NCBI GenBank assembly: GCA_040119125.1
Contig: JBEDTR010000005.1
Coordinates: 93,266 to 157,265, forward strand
Length of the DNA: 64,000 bases
Direction: 5' to 3'
Source: Marinobacter sp.
GTDB lineage: Bacteria > Pseudomonadota > Alphaproteobacteria > Rhodobacterales > Rhodobacteraceae
How positions within the stretch are numbered: the first letter of the stretch is position 1; every line of letters starts with the position of its first letter. Shown here in pieces: positions 1-9,304 of this stretch. The translations under genes were made by a program, and so were the position numbers. The notes under the pieces were generated by a model. That model made no database searches. It saw only the letters and a list, made by a program, of their open reading frames with translations, and was not told the DNA's origin.

Positions 1-377
1 GCGGCTCGATCATCACCCTGACCTATCAGGGCTCGAATAAGGTCACGCCCTTCTACAATGTCATGGGCGTCGCCAAATCGGCGCTGGAAAGCGCGATGCG
101 CTATCTGGCCAACGACCTTGGCCCCGAAGGCATCCGCGTCAACGCCATTTCCCCCGGTCCGATGAAAACGCTGGCCGGCGCGGCCATCGGAGGCGCGCGC
201 AAGACCTTCCGCATGACGGAGGCCAACGCGCCCCTGCGCCATAACGCAACGCTGGAGGCCATCGGCGGCACGGCGGTCTACCTCGCCTCCGACTACGGCA
301 ATTGCACCACGGGCGAAATCGTCACGGTCGACGGCGGCTTCCACATCCTCGGCATGCCGCAGCCCGACAACCTGTAG
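1..377 (+). CDS. fabI: Enoyl-ACP reductase FabI, 5'-truncated by the window edge
   Basis: The frame is open from base 3 (GSIITLTYQGSNKVTPFYNVMGVAK). It contains the FabI Y-x6-K motif YNVMGVAK, RVNAISPGP and the C-terminal TGEIVTVDGG. Confidence 0.93.
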   Translation, partial: GSIITLTYQGSNKVTPFYNVMGVAKSALESAMRYLANDLGPEGIRVNAISPGPMKTLAGAAIGGARKTFRMTEANAPLRHNATLEAIGGTAVYLASDYGNCTTGEIVTVDGGFHILGMPQPDNL

Positions 378-402
378 GGCAGCTCAGCCGCGCAAGAACA
401 CC

Positions 403-432
403 AACGGTCGGTCCTGCAAGGGACCGACCGTT
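403..432. terminator. Hairpin between convergent genes, likely intrinsic terminator
   Basis: Perfect 12-bp inverted repeat AACGGTCGGTCC-tgcaag-GGACCGACCGTT directly after the fabI stop. Confidence 0.7.
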
Positions 433-463
433 TCCGTTTGTGGGGCACAGTTCAATCTGGCGC

Positions 464-970
464 TCAGTTCAGCAGCACGCTCATCAGGCCGACCACGGCG
501 AGGATTTTCTGGGTGTCATCGCTGACCCGCACAACATGGTTGTCCTGCACACGGTAGCCCTGCCCCTTTGGCAGTTTCGGCAAGCGGCGCAATTCCACGG
601 TGCTCAGATAGCGTGCATTATGCACCCGCGCGCCCGCACGGGGCCCATTTGCGACCACGACCTGTTTGACTGGGGTCTTGATCACGGTCTTCTTGGTCAC
701 CGATTTCTTCGGCGCCGCCACCTGCTTGATGACCACTTTCTTCGTCGTCGTCTGCCGGGTCACGGTCTCCGCCTTCTGAGATTTCTTGTTGGCGTTCTGA
801 TCGGACCGGGTCGTGTGGTTGTCGCTGTGATCGCTCGACGTCGAACAGGCCGCGGCGCGCGGGTCACAATGTTGCTGGCGGCTCTGCTGGGCCTGCGCCG
901 CAAACGGCACGAAAAGCGCAAGCGAGGTGCTGATGGCAAGCAATGCGGCAGGGGTACGGCGAAGTGTCAT
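464..970 (-). CDS. Secreted hypothetical protein, RcnB-like C-terminal domain
   Basis: ATG at 970 preceded by GGGAAGGA. Signal peptide ending AAQA, K/T/V-rich linker, and C-terminal LPKLPKGQGYRVQDNHVVRV resembling the RcnB family. The longer ORF-track start runs into the tRNA and is rejected. Confidence 0.65.
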   Translation of the reverse strand: MTLRRTPAALLAISTSLALFVPFAAQAQQSRQQHCDPRAAACSTSSDHSDNHTTRSDQNANKKSQKAETVTRQTTTKKVVIKQVAAPKKSVTKKTVIKTPVKQVVVANGPRAGARVHNARYLSTVELRRLPKLPKGQGYRVQDNHVVRVSDDTQKILAVVGLMSVLLN

Positions 971-1141
971 GTCGGGGGTCCTTCCCATTTTCATCTGGGA
1001 AGTGAAACGGGGGCCCGGCCCATTCCCGTCGCAGAATTTTTCGCCATCGCGAAACGGTGAACGACGCCAGCGATCTCCGCCGCGCGCCAATATCGGCGCA
1101 ACGACGCAGGGCAACCGCCGGTGCAAAACATGCCAGATGGA

Positions 1142-1218
1142 TGGTGACCCCGGCAGGACTTGAACCTGCAACCTATCCCTTAGGAGGGGATTGCTCTATC
1201 CAGTTGAGCCACGGGGCC
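1142..1218 (-). tRNA. tRNA-Arg (anticodon CCT)
   Basis: Reverse complement GGCCCCGTGGCTCAACTGGATAGAGC-ATCCC-CTCCTAA-GGGAT-...GGTTCAAGTCC...GGGGTCACCA; 77-nt cloverleaf with encoded CCA. Confidence 0.97.
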
Positions 1219-1370
1219 ACGAAGGCTTTCCTTAACGCCTCGGCCATCCGGTTTGAAGGTGTATTCTGTCTGCCGCGGTGACGCGCCGATACGAAGCCTT
1301 GCGTCATCGGCGCTTCCGCTTCGGGGCATCCGGGCTTAGACAGGGCTGATCCAGACCGAGCGAGTGCGAC

Positions 1371-2417
1371 GTGACCAATACCTCCGACATCCCCCCCCGC
1401 CGCCCTCTGACATTGCGCGACGTGTCCGAAGCGTCGGGCGTCAGCGAAATGACCGTCAGCCGCGTGTTGCGAAATCGCGGCGACGTGTCCGACACGACCC
1501 GCGCGCGTGTGCTGGAGGCCGCCAAACGGCTGGGCTATGTGCCCAATAAGATCGCAGGCGCCCTGGCCTCCTCGCGGGTCAATCTGGTCGCCGTGGTGAT
1601 CCCCTCGCTGTCGAATCAGGTCTTTCCCGAGGTCATGACCGGCATCACCTCCGTGCTCGACGACACTGCATTGCAGCCCGTCGTCGGCGTCACGAACTAC
1701 CTGCCCGAGCGGGAAGAGGCCGTGCTCTATGAGATGCTGTCATGGCGTCCCACCGGCGTCATCATCGCCGGGCTCGAACATACCGAAGCGGCGGTGGCGA
1801 TGCTGCGCGGCGCAGGCATTCCGGTGGTCGAGGTCATGGATGTCGACGGCGCGCCGGTCGATTCCGTGGTTGGCATTTCCCACCGGCGCGCGGGCCGGAT
1901 GATGGCGCAGGAAATTCTGCAGGCGGGATATCGCCGCATCGGGTTCATGGGCACCAAGATGCCGCTCGACCATCGCGCCCGCAAACGCTTCGAAGGCTTC
2001 ACCGACGCGCTCGCCAAGGCCGGCGTCGAAATCGCGGATCGTCAATTCTACTCCGGCGGGTCCGGCATCGCCAAGGGCCGGGAAATGACCGAGGCCATGC
2101 TGAACCGCACCCCGGATCTGGATTTCATCTACTATTCCAACGACATGATCGGTGCCGGCGGGCTGCTGCACTGCATGACGCATGGCATTGATGTGCCGGG
2201 TCAGATCGGGCTTGCCGGGTTCAATGGCATGGAAATTGTCGATGGCTTCCCGTTGCGGCTGGCCACGATGGACAGTTGTCGCCTTGAGATCGGGCGCGAG
2301 GCCGCGCGCATTATCGCTGAATACGCGGATGCGGCAGGCACCCCCGGCGCGGGCGCGGGTGAGCGGATCGAACTTCAGCCGACGTTGTCGCTGGGCGACA
2401 CCTTACGTCGCGGATGA
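1371..2417 (+). CDS. LacI-family transcriptional regulator (GntR/IdnR-like)
   Basis: N-terminal HTH LTLRDVSEASGVSEMTVSRVL, hinge LGYVPN, and a periplasmic-binding-fold C-terminus (NDMIG...GFN). Confidence 0.92.
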   Translation: MTNTSDIPPRRPLTLRDVSEASGVSEMTVSRVLRNRGDVSDTTRARVLEAAKRLGYVPNKIAGALASSRVNLVAVVIPSLSNQVFPEVMTGITSVLDDTALQPVVGVTNYLPEREEAVLYEMLSWRPTGVIIAGLEHTEAAVAMLRGAGIPVVEVMDVDGAPVDSVVGISHRRAGRMMAQEILQAGYRRIGFMGTKMPLDHRARKRFEGFTDALAKAGVEIADRQFYSGGSGIAKGREMTEAMLNRTPDLDFIYYSNDMIGAGGLLHCMTHGIDVPGQIGLAGFNGMEIVDGFPLRLATMDSCRLEIGREAARIIAEYADAAGTPGAGAGERIELQPTLSLGDTLRRG

Positions 2418-2528
2418 GCGCGCGGGGTTGGTATTCCGGCGCATGTTGGTGTCTAAGACGAACGCGCGGCATGTTTTGCGCGCCACAGACGTTCCAACGG
2501 CAAAGGCAACAGCCATGATGGGTCGCTC

Positions 2529-3260
2529 ATGACACAGCTCTCGGTGGTGATCCCGATGCGCAACGAGGCCCCTAATCTAGGGCCGGTCGTGGGCGAAATC
2601 CTTGACGCCTGCGCCGGGCTGGATAAGTTCGAGGTGATCGTCGTCGATGACGGCTCCACCGACGAGACCGCCAGCCTCGCCCGCGAGATGATCGTCGCCG
2701 ACTCCCGCATCCGCCTGATCCGCCACCAGCAAAGCGCGGGCCAAAGCGCCGCAATCCATTCCGGCGTGCTGGCCGCCCGCGCGCCCGTGATCTGCATGCT
2801 GGATGGCGACGGTCAAAACCCGCCCGCCGAACTGCCGAAGCTGTTCACCCCTCTGCTTGGGGATACGACCGGTAAGCTCGGCCTCGTCGCCGGGCAGCGG
2901 GTCGACCGTCAGGACAGCCGATCCAAGCTCTGGGCCTCGCGGCTTGCCAATGGGCTGCGCGGGCGCATGCTCAGCGACGGCACCCGCGACACCGGTTGCG
3001 GGCTCAAGGGGTTTCGGCGCGACGCGTTTCTGTCGCTGCCCTATTTCGATCACATGCACCGCTACCTGCCCGCGCTTTTCGCGCGCGAAGGCTGGGAAAT
3101 CCGCCATGTCGATGTGTCCCACCGGGAACGCCATGCGGGCAATTCCAAATATACCAACCTGCGCCGCGCTCTTGTCGGCGTGCCGGACCTGCTCGCCGTT
3201 GCGTGGCTGATCAAGCGCCGCAAGAAAGCTGCGGGCACTGAATGGAGGCCGGAGCAATGA
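2529..3260 (+). CDS. GT2 polyprenyl-phosphate glycosyltransferase (DPM1/ArnC/RgtE-like)
   Basis: SVVIPMRNE, VVDDGSTD, DGDGQNPP, DTGCGLK and HRYLP motifs. Confidence 0.9.
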   Translation: MTQLSVVIPMRNEAPNLGPVVGEILDACAGLDKFEVIVVDDGSTDETASLAREMIVADSRIRLIRHQQSAGQSAAIHSGVLAARAPVICMLDGDGQNPPAELPKLFTPLLGDTTGKLGLVAGQRVDRQDSRSKLWASRLANGLRGRMLSDGTRDTGCGLKGFRRDAFLSLPYFDHMHRYLPALFAREGWEIRHVDVSHRERHAGNSKYTNLRRALVGVPDLLAVAWLIKRRKKAAGTEWRPEQ

Positions 3261-3565
3261 CCGCGCAGATCTTCGATTGGCTCCATGTCGGCAATTGGCG
3301 TGAATTCTGGTGGGTCATCATCGGGCTTGCCGGGCAGCTGATGTTCACCGCGCGGTTCCTCGTGCAATGGCTCGCTTCCGAAAAGGCCGGTGAATCGGTG
3401 GTGCCCGTGTATTTCTGGTATTTCTCGCTCGCCGGGGGCGCGACCCTGCTGACCTACGCGCTCTATCGCGCCGATCCGGTGTTTGTGCTGGGGCAGTCGA
3501 TGGGGCTGCTGATCTATGCCCGCAATCTGTGGCTGATCCATACCAGCAATCAGCGCGAAGCCTGA
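3257..3565 (+). CDS. Lipid A biosynthesis N-terminal (LAB_N) domain membrane protein (RgtF-like)
   Basis: GQLMFTARFLVQWLASEK...SVVPVYFWYFSL...DPVFVLGQ...IYARNL. ATGA overlap with the GT2 stop. Confidence 0.88.
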   Translation: MTAQIFDWLHVGNWREFWWVIIGLAGQLMFTARFLVQWLASEKAGESVVPVYFWYFSLAGGATLLTYALYRADPVFVLGQSMGLLIYARNLWLIHTSNQREA

Positions 3566-3569
3566 TTCC

Positions 3570-5192
3570 ATGGCGTCCCACCGCCCCTCCCCGCCTTGGG
3601 CGGTGCGCTGCGCGTGGGTGATCGGCGTGATCCTTGCATTGCGCGTGGTGGGGCTCGCCCTCGATCACACCGACCTTTACGTCGATGAGGCGCAATACTG
3701 GCTTTGGGGGCAGGATCTTGCCTTCGGCTATTATTCCAAACCCCCGATGATCGGCTGGCTGCTGCGTGCGGTCACCGACCTTGCTGGCAGTGACGGGGCC
3801 TTCTGGGTCCGCCTGCCCGCAATTGCGCTGCACGCGATAACGGCGGCGCTGCTGGCCGCGATCACCGCCCGCCACATCGCGCCGCGCGCCGCGCCTTGGG
3901 TCGCGGCGGCCTATCTGACCCTGCCGCTGGTCACGGTCGGCAGCTACATGATTTCCACCGACAGTGTGATGTTTCCGTTCCTTGCGCTGGCGCTGCTGGC
4001 ATGGCTGCGGCTGGCCGACGAAGGCGGGCGCCGCTGGGCTCTCATCGCCGGGCTGGCGCTGGGGGGCGGGGTCATGTCGAAATACGCCGCCATCTACTAC
4101 CTGATCCTGTTGCTGCCTGCGCTGGTATTCATCCCCGCGCTTCGGGTGCCGCTGCGCCGCGCCGCGCTGGCCCTGCTGGGTTTCGCCCTGGCCATCGCGC
4201 CCAATGTGGCGTGGAACATCGCCAACGGCCTGACCACCCTGCGCCACACGATGGACAATGCCGATTGGGTCAATGACCCTGCCGCCAAGGCTGCGTTGAA
4301 CTTCGCCGGGCTTGGCGAATTCGCAGGCGCGCAATTCGTCGTTTTCGGTCCTGCTTTCCTTGCGACGTTGCTGTGGCTGGCCCTGCGCCCCGCTTTGAGC
4401 CTCCCATCTCGCCAGCGCTCGGATCCAAGTTCGGGTCCAAACTCGGCGCCAAACTCGCGCCAAAGCCCGCCAAGTGCCCCGCATCTCACCCTGCCCCTGC
4501 CCCTGCGCGGGCTGGTGCTGTGGCTGTCGCTGCCGATCATCGCGCTCGTCTGCGTGCAGGCCCTGCTGAACCAAGCCTATGCCAACTGGGCTGCTGCGGC
4601 CTATGTGGCCGCGCCGCTGGCGGTGGTGCCGTGGCTGTTGCTGCGCGCGCGCTGGCTGCTGATTGCCAGCCTTGTGCTGCATGGCAGCTTCGCCGTGGTT
4701 GTGCCCGTCGCCGCGCATTTCGCGCCCTCCTTGCGTCTGACCGCCGATGCGCCGCTCCTGATGGCGCGCTGGTTGGGCCGCGAGGCGATGAGCGATGCCA
4801 TCACCACCCGCGCGGCTGAGCTTCCCGTTACGGCCATTATCGCCGACGACCGCGACGTGCTGGCCGATCTGTTTTATCGCGCCCGCGGGGATTTTCCGGC
4901 CCAAGACGGCATGACTGCCCCATCCACCCCCGCCATATCCGTCTCTGCCTCCAGCCTGCCGATCTGGGCGGAGCCGGAGCGGGGCCGCGCGCCCAATCAC
5001 TACGTCCAGAGCTTCCCCTATCCCGGCGCGACGGACACGCGCGTGTTACTGATCACCCGGTCGAAGCGCGCACCCGAAGGCTGCGCCGCCACGTCTGCCG
5101 GCGTGATCGACCCGGTTGAGGGAGCCTATGCCAAGCGCACCATGCGCCTGTTCGTGGTCGATGGCTCCTGCTGGGACGGCATCGCGCGCTAG
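3570..5192 (+). CDS. ArnT/PMT-family (GT-C) lipid A/LPS glycosyltransferase
   Basis: DEAQYWLW...GYYSKPP, STD and SKY motifs, and many TM helices. Confidence 0.88.
   Translation: MASHRPSPPWAVRCAWVIGVILALRVVGLALDHTDLYVDEAQYWLWGQDLAFGYYSKPPMIGWLLRAVTDLAGSDGAFWVRLPAIALHAITAALLAAITARHIAPRAAPWVAAAYLTLPLVTVGSYMISTDSVMFPFLALALLAWLRLADEGGRRWALIAGLALGGGVMSKYAAIYYLILLLPALVFIPALRVPLRRAALALLGFALAIAPNVAWNIANGLTTLRHTMDNADWVNDPAAKAALNFAGLGEFAGAQFVVFGPAFLATLLWLALRPALSLPSRQRSDPSSGPNSAPNSRQSPPSAPHLTLPLPLRGLVLWLSLPIIALVCVQALLNQAYANWAAAAYVAAPLAVVPWLLLRARWLLIASLVLHGSFAVVVPVAAHFAPSLRLTADAPLLMARWLGREAMSDAITTRAAELPVTAIIADDRDVLADLFYRARGDFPAQDGMTAPSTPAISVSASSLPIWAEPERGRAPNHYVQSFPYPGATDTRVLLITRSKRAPEGCAATSAGVIDPVEGAYAKRTMRLFVVDGSCWDGIAR
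4419..4478 (+). repeat. Five degenerate in-frame 12-bp tandem repeats inside the ArnT-like gene
   Basis: tcggatccaagt / tcgggtccaaac / tcggcgccaaac / tcgcgccaaagc / ccgccaagtgcc, encoding SDPS-SGPN-SAPN-SRQS-PPSA. Confidence 0.7.
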
Positions 5193-5298
5193 CTGGCCCT
5201 GCTCTGCCACGCTACGCCCGGATGTGTTACAATCCGCTTACCAGCTTGTGAAAAATCTCGATATGTGCGGATCGGATTTGCGATCTATATCTCAAGTC

Positions 5299-5901
5299 AT
5301 GAAAACGCTACGCATCCTACTCATCCCCGCCCTCTGGCTTGGCCTGAGCCTGCCCGCGCTTGCGCAGCAGCTGTCGCTTGGTGCCATGTCCAATTATCTC
5401 AACAGCTTCCAGACGGCTCAGGGTGAGTTCACCCAGATCAATGCCGATGGGACCATCTCGACCGGTCAGATCTTCTTGAAACGGCCGGGCCGGGTGCGGT
5501 TTGAATATGCCGCGCCCGACAACAGTCTGGTCATGGCTGGCGGCCAGCAGGTCGCGGTGTTCGACGGCAAGTCTAACACCGGGCCGGAGCAATACCCGCT
5601 CTCGCGCACGCCGCTGTCGATCATCCTTGCGCAGAATGTCGACTTCTCGCGCTCTGGCATGGTCACCGGCCATACCAGTGACGGCAAGACCACGACCATC
5701 ACCGCGCAGGACCCCGCGCATCCCGAATACGGTAATATCAAGCTGAAGTTCACGGCCAATCCCGTCGAGCTGCGCCAGTGGATCATCACCGATGACAGCG
5801 GCACCCAGACCACCGTTGTCCTTGGCGATCTACGCAAGGGCGTCAATCTCGGCTCCACCATGTTCAACATTGTTCAGGAAACCCAGCGCCGCGGCGGCTA
5901 A
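5299..5901 (+). CDS. lolA: Outer-membrane lipoprotein carrier LolA family protein
   Basis: Signal peptide ending ALA-QQ, then FTQ...G.IFLKRPGRVRFEY and YPLSRTPL. ATG 5299 chosen over the upstream TTG. Confidence 0.85.
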   Translation: MKTLRILLIPALWLGLSLPALAQQLSLGAMSNYLNSFQTAQGEFTQINADGTISTGQIFLKRPGRVRFEYAAPDNSLVMAGGQQVAVFDGKSNTGPEQYPLSRTPLSIILAQNVDFSRSGMVTGHTSDGKTTTITAQDPAHPEYGNIKLKFTANPVELRQWIITDDSGTQTTVVLGDLRKGVNLGSTMFNIVQETQRRGG

Positions 5902-5928
5902 GCCACGCGCCTTTACCCCATAGACAGG

Positions 5929-5964
5929 AAAACGCCCGGCGCGCTGATGCGGCCGGGCGTTTTT
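5929..5964. terminator. Bidirectional intrinsic terminator
   Basis: AAAACGCCCGGC...GCCGGGCGTTTT stem with A/T tails on both sides, between convergent genes. Confidence 0.85.
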
Positions 5965-5987
5965 CTTATGTCGATGAGGCGCCGCGC

Positions 5988-6572
5988 TTAGATCTTGCGG
6001 CACCGCTTGAGCTGGGTGTTATAAAGCGTCGCGCGATCGCCGACGGAGCGGGCGACCCGCACCAGCCACGGCTTGGCGTTGTAGCTGGCCCGCGCGTAGC
6101 CGGTATGGCCTTCGTGATAGGCCAGATACTGCCGCTCCGCGTCCCACAGCGGGATGCCGTTCCGCTCCCGCGTTTTGTTCATGTACCAGCCCATGAAATC
6201 GGTCGCGTCCTGGATGCGGTCACGCTTGGCACGCCGGCTGCCATTCTCGTCGCGATATTCGTCCCATGTGGCGTCGAGCGCTTGCGCATAGCCAAAGGCG
6301 GAGCTTTGCCGCCCCATGGGAATCACGCCGACCACGAATTGCAGCGGCGTGCGGGCATCGCCCACAAATTTCGATTCCTGATAGATGGTGGCCATCTGCA
6401 CCGCCACCGGGACACCCCAGCGCCGCTCGGTCGATTTCATGGCCCGCAGGTATTCCGGCCGTTCGTTCACGATATCGCAGGCGTTTTCCAGATTGCGCGG
6501 CGGCACGGAATTACCGCCCCCGCAGCCCGAAAGGACCGCCAGGATCGCGATGCAAAGGAATTTGCGCATCAC
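5988..6572 (-). CDS. SLT-like lytic transglycosylase lipoprotein
   Basis: Lipobox LSGC, catalytic YQES, SSAFGYAQA and YLAYHEG motifs. Confidence 0.85.
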   Translation of the reverse strand: MMRKFLCIAILAVLSGCGGGNSVPPRNLENACDIVNERPEYLRAMKSTERRWGVPVAVQMATIYQESKFVGDARTPLQFVVGVIPMGRQSSAFGYAQALDATWDEYRDENGSRRAKRDRIQDATDFMGWYMNKTRERNGIPLWDAERQYLAYHEGHTGYARASYNAKPWLVRVARSVGDRATLYNTQLKRCRKI

Positions 6573-6808
6573 TGCCCCATTTTCTTGTTACTGCTCATTC
6601 TTGCTCTTTGCCCTTGAGGATAAGCGAAAAGAGCGCTCAGGAAAACCACCCTTGATCGCGGCGTGATCACGATTGTTTCAGAACCGGGAACTCCTGCCGG
6701 GCGACTGTCACGCTACGGTTCACACAGTGTTTCCCTCTATGCCGTAGGCTGTGAATGGACTTTTGCCCTTGTCTTCCCCTAGTGAGATATGATGAACGAC
6801 GCATTCAG

Positions 6809-7135
6809 ATGCTGAAGAGCCGCGCCAAATATCACCTTGGACAGATTGTCCGCCACCGCAAACATCCGTTTCGCGGGGTCGTCTTTGACGTGGATGCGAC
6901 GTTTTCCAACACCGAGGAATGGTATGAATCCATCCCCGAGGAAAATCGCCCCTCCCGCGAACAGCCGTTCTATCACCTGCTCGCCGAAAACGATCAAAGC
7001 TACTATGTCGCCTATGTGTCGGAGCAGAACCTTGTCCCCGACTATACGGGCGAGCCGGTCGATCACCCGGATCTAGATGAGCTGTTCGGCGATCTCGAGG
7101 ATGGCCGCTACCCCATGCAGTTCCAACTGAACTGA
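6809..7135 (+). CDS. hspQ: Heat shock protein HspQ (YccV-like)
   Basis: AKYHLGQIVRHRKHPFRGVVFDVD...QPFYHLLAEN...AYVSEQNL. Confidence 0.93.
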   Translation: MLKSRAKYHLGQIVRHRKHPFRGVVFDVDATFSNTEEWYESIPEENRPSREQPFYHLLAENDQSYYVAYVSEQNLVPDYTGEPVDHPDLDELFGDLEDGRYPMQFQLN

Positions 7136-7209
7136 TCTGGTTCAGACCGAAGTAGCGGCACCATCTGAGGGAAGCGGGGCGATCGATCCGACGACCGCCC
7201 CCACCCGGT

Positions 7210-8790
7210 TCAATATCCCAGCGCCATGCCGTCCTTGCGCGGGTCAGACGCGCCTTCCAGCACATCACCGCCGTCGTTCAGCCGGATCGCCTGCGCGCCG
7301 CCGATGGCCCGTTCCGGCACGGTGACATTGTGCCCCAGATCGATCAGCGCCTGCCGGGTGGCCTCCGGATAGCCGGTTTCCAGCTCCAGCACGCCATCGG
7401 ACGCAAAGGCCCGCGGCCCGTCCAGCGCGCTTTGCGGGTCCATCCCGTAATCCGCGATATTGGAGGCAAACCGCGCGTGGCCTGCCGCCTGATACTGCCC
7501 GCCCATCACGCCGAACGGCATCAACAGCTTGCCTTGCTGGCGGATCATGCCGGGCAGGATCGTGTGCATCGGACGCTTGCCCGGCGCGGCTTCGTTCGGG
7601 TGCCCCTCGGTGATCGAGAAACCCGCGCCGCGATTATGCATCAGCAGCCCGAACTTATCGGTGCCGATGCCAGAGCCGAAGCTGTTGAAGATCGAGTAGA
7701 TCAGCGACACCGCCATGCGGTCCTTGTCCACCACCGTCAGATAAACGGTATCGCGGTGCACTTCCTCGGAAATCCGCGTCGCATCCGGCATCACCCGGTC
7801 GGGTGCAATCAAGGCCGCAAGCCGGTCGGCCAGCCCATCGGCCTGCAACCGCGTCACCGGGTCCATATAGTCGGGATCGGTCACGAATCGGTTGCGCGCG
7901 TCATAGGCCAGCTTGGTCGCCTCGGCCTCGATATGGGTGCGCTCCGGCCCCCATGGGTCCATCGACGCCAGATCGAACCGCTCAAGGATCGCCGCCAGCA
8001 GCAGCGCGGCGGTGCCCTGCCCGTTGGGCTTATGCTCCACGATCTCCAGCCCGCGATAGCCGCCGGAAATGGGCGTGGTCCATTCGGGCTGCACGCTTGC
8101 GAAATCCTCCAGCGTGTGGCTGCCGCCGGCGGCTTGCAGCGCCTGCACCATATCCTCGGCAACCTCGCCCTGATAGAACCCCGCATGGCCTTCGGCGGCG
8201 ATGCGGCGCAGCACCTCGCCTTGCCCCGGCGCGCGGAACACCTCGCCCGCCCGCAGCGCGCGACCGTCCTTCAGGTAATGCTGCCGCGCGACGCCCTGTA
8301 GGCGGTCTGTGGCCAGATCCATGTCCAGCGCGACACGCGGCGCAACCGGCACGCCTTCGTCGGCGTAATGGATCGCCGGAGCGAAAACATCGGCCAGATC
8401 CATACGTCCAAAGCGCTCCGACAGCGCGAGGAACCCCGCCACCGCGCCGGGCAATGTCACCGCATGGGCCGAAGTCACCGGCATCACACTATGCCCTTCG
8501 GCCCGCACAGCGGCGGCACTCAGCCCCGCCGGTCCGCGACCCGAGGCATTCAGCCCGATGATTTCTTCGGTGCCCGCAGGTTTGACCAAGGCGAAACAAT
8601 CGCCCCCAAACCCGGTCATCGGCGGCTCGCATTGCGACAAAATCGCCGCCGCGCCCAAGGCCGCATCCACCGCCGAGCCGCCCTGCTTCAGCAGATCAAC
8701 CGCCACAGCGGCGGCCAGAGGATGCGAGGTGGCGCACATCCCGTTGCGGGCATAGACGGCGGAGCGTCCGGGCTTCTGGAAATCGCGCAT
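7210..8790 (-). CDS. ggt: Gamma-glutamyltransferase family protein (no signal peptide)
   Basis: GGSAVDAA, GFGGD, nucleophile region RDTVYLTVVD, PGKRPMHT, GVMGG and GASDPRKDG. Confidence 0.9.
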   Translation of the reverse strand: MRDFQKPGRSAVYARNGMCATSHPLAAAVAVDLLKQGGSAVDAALGAAAILSQCEPPMTGFGGDCFALVKPAGTEEIIGLNASGRGPAGLSAAAVRAEGHSVMPVTSAHAVTLPGAVAGFLALSERFGRMDLADVFAPAIHYADEGVPVAPRVALDMDLATDRLQGVARQHYLKDGRALRAGEVFRAPGQGEVLRRIAAEGHAGFYQGEVAEDMVQALQAAGGSHTLEDFASVQPEWTTPISGGYRGLEIVEHKPNGQGTAALLLAAILERFDLASMDPWGPERTHIEAEATKLAYDARNRFVTDPDYMDPVTRLQADGLADRLAALIAPDRVMPDATRISEEVHRDTVYLTVVDKDRMAVSLIYSIFNSFGSGIGTDKFGLLMHNRGAGFSITEGHPNEAAPGKRPMHTILPGMIRQQGKLLMPFGVMGGQYQAAGHARFASNIADYGMDPQSALDGPRAFASDGVLELETGYPEATRQALIDLGHNVTVPERAIGGAQAIRLNDGGDVLEGASDPRKDGMALGY

Positions 8791-8908
8791 GGCGGGCAGT
8801 GTCCTCTCAGGTCAGATCGTTAGCTTGCCCGGACCCTAGCCGAGCGGGCGCAGGCACGAAAGACAGGCTGAACACATTTGCAGACGAATGGACCTGCGGG
8901 CAGACTGC

Positions 8909-8925
8909 TGCCTGTTGAACAGGCA
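8909..8925. promoter_or_regulatory. TGCC-N9-GGCA palindrome (NtrC/Fis-like site) upstream of ggt
   Basis: TGCCTGTTGAACAGGCA, part of the perfect palindrome CTGCCTGTT-G-AACAGGCAG. Confidence 0.45.
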
Positions 8926-9304
8926 GTATCGGCGCGGGGTCGAAACGGGGCCAGATGTCTTGGCGGAGGGCGCAACCCGATGGGCCAGCGGTCCGGCGGC
9001 CAAACCGCCCCAAAATGCCCCCAGATCCTCGACGCCGCACACTGGGTGGGGGCAATTAACGCGCGACGCCGAGGGAAGCTTTTGCAGCTACAGGTTTGTT
9101 TCTGCCCCGGCATTCAGTCATCGTTATGGTGCGATATTGGCCATTTCTGGACATTGTTACGCCTGACGAAACGATGCGCGCGCTTTGTTTCGCCGCCATA
9201 TGCCGAAGGCTACGCCCTTGCCCCCCTGCCCCCCTTGCCCCAGTTTGACCCAAAGTCCCGCCACGCGGCCAACCGCGGGCGGCAAGACGCAGGGAGAGAC
9301 GCGC

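Noticed and set aside
3345-5000. 551-aa ORF on the - strand
   Set aside because: Antisense shadow of the ArnT-like gene, typical of high-GC codon bias.
6653-6666. TGA-N8-TGA (CenR-like site) upstream of the lytic transglycosylase
   Set aside because: Only six informative bases, so it is expected often by chance.
9150-9195. GlpR operator upstream of glpK
   Set aside because: Only a weak CGAAAC/GTTTCG inverted repeat, and no glpR or glpD in the window to support it.
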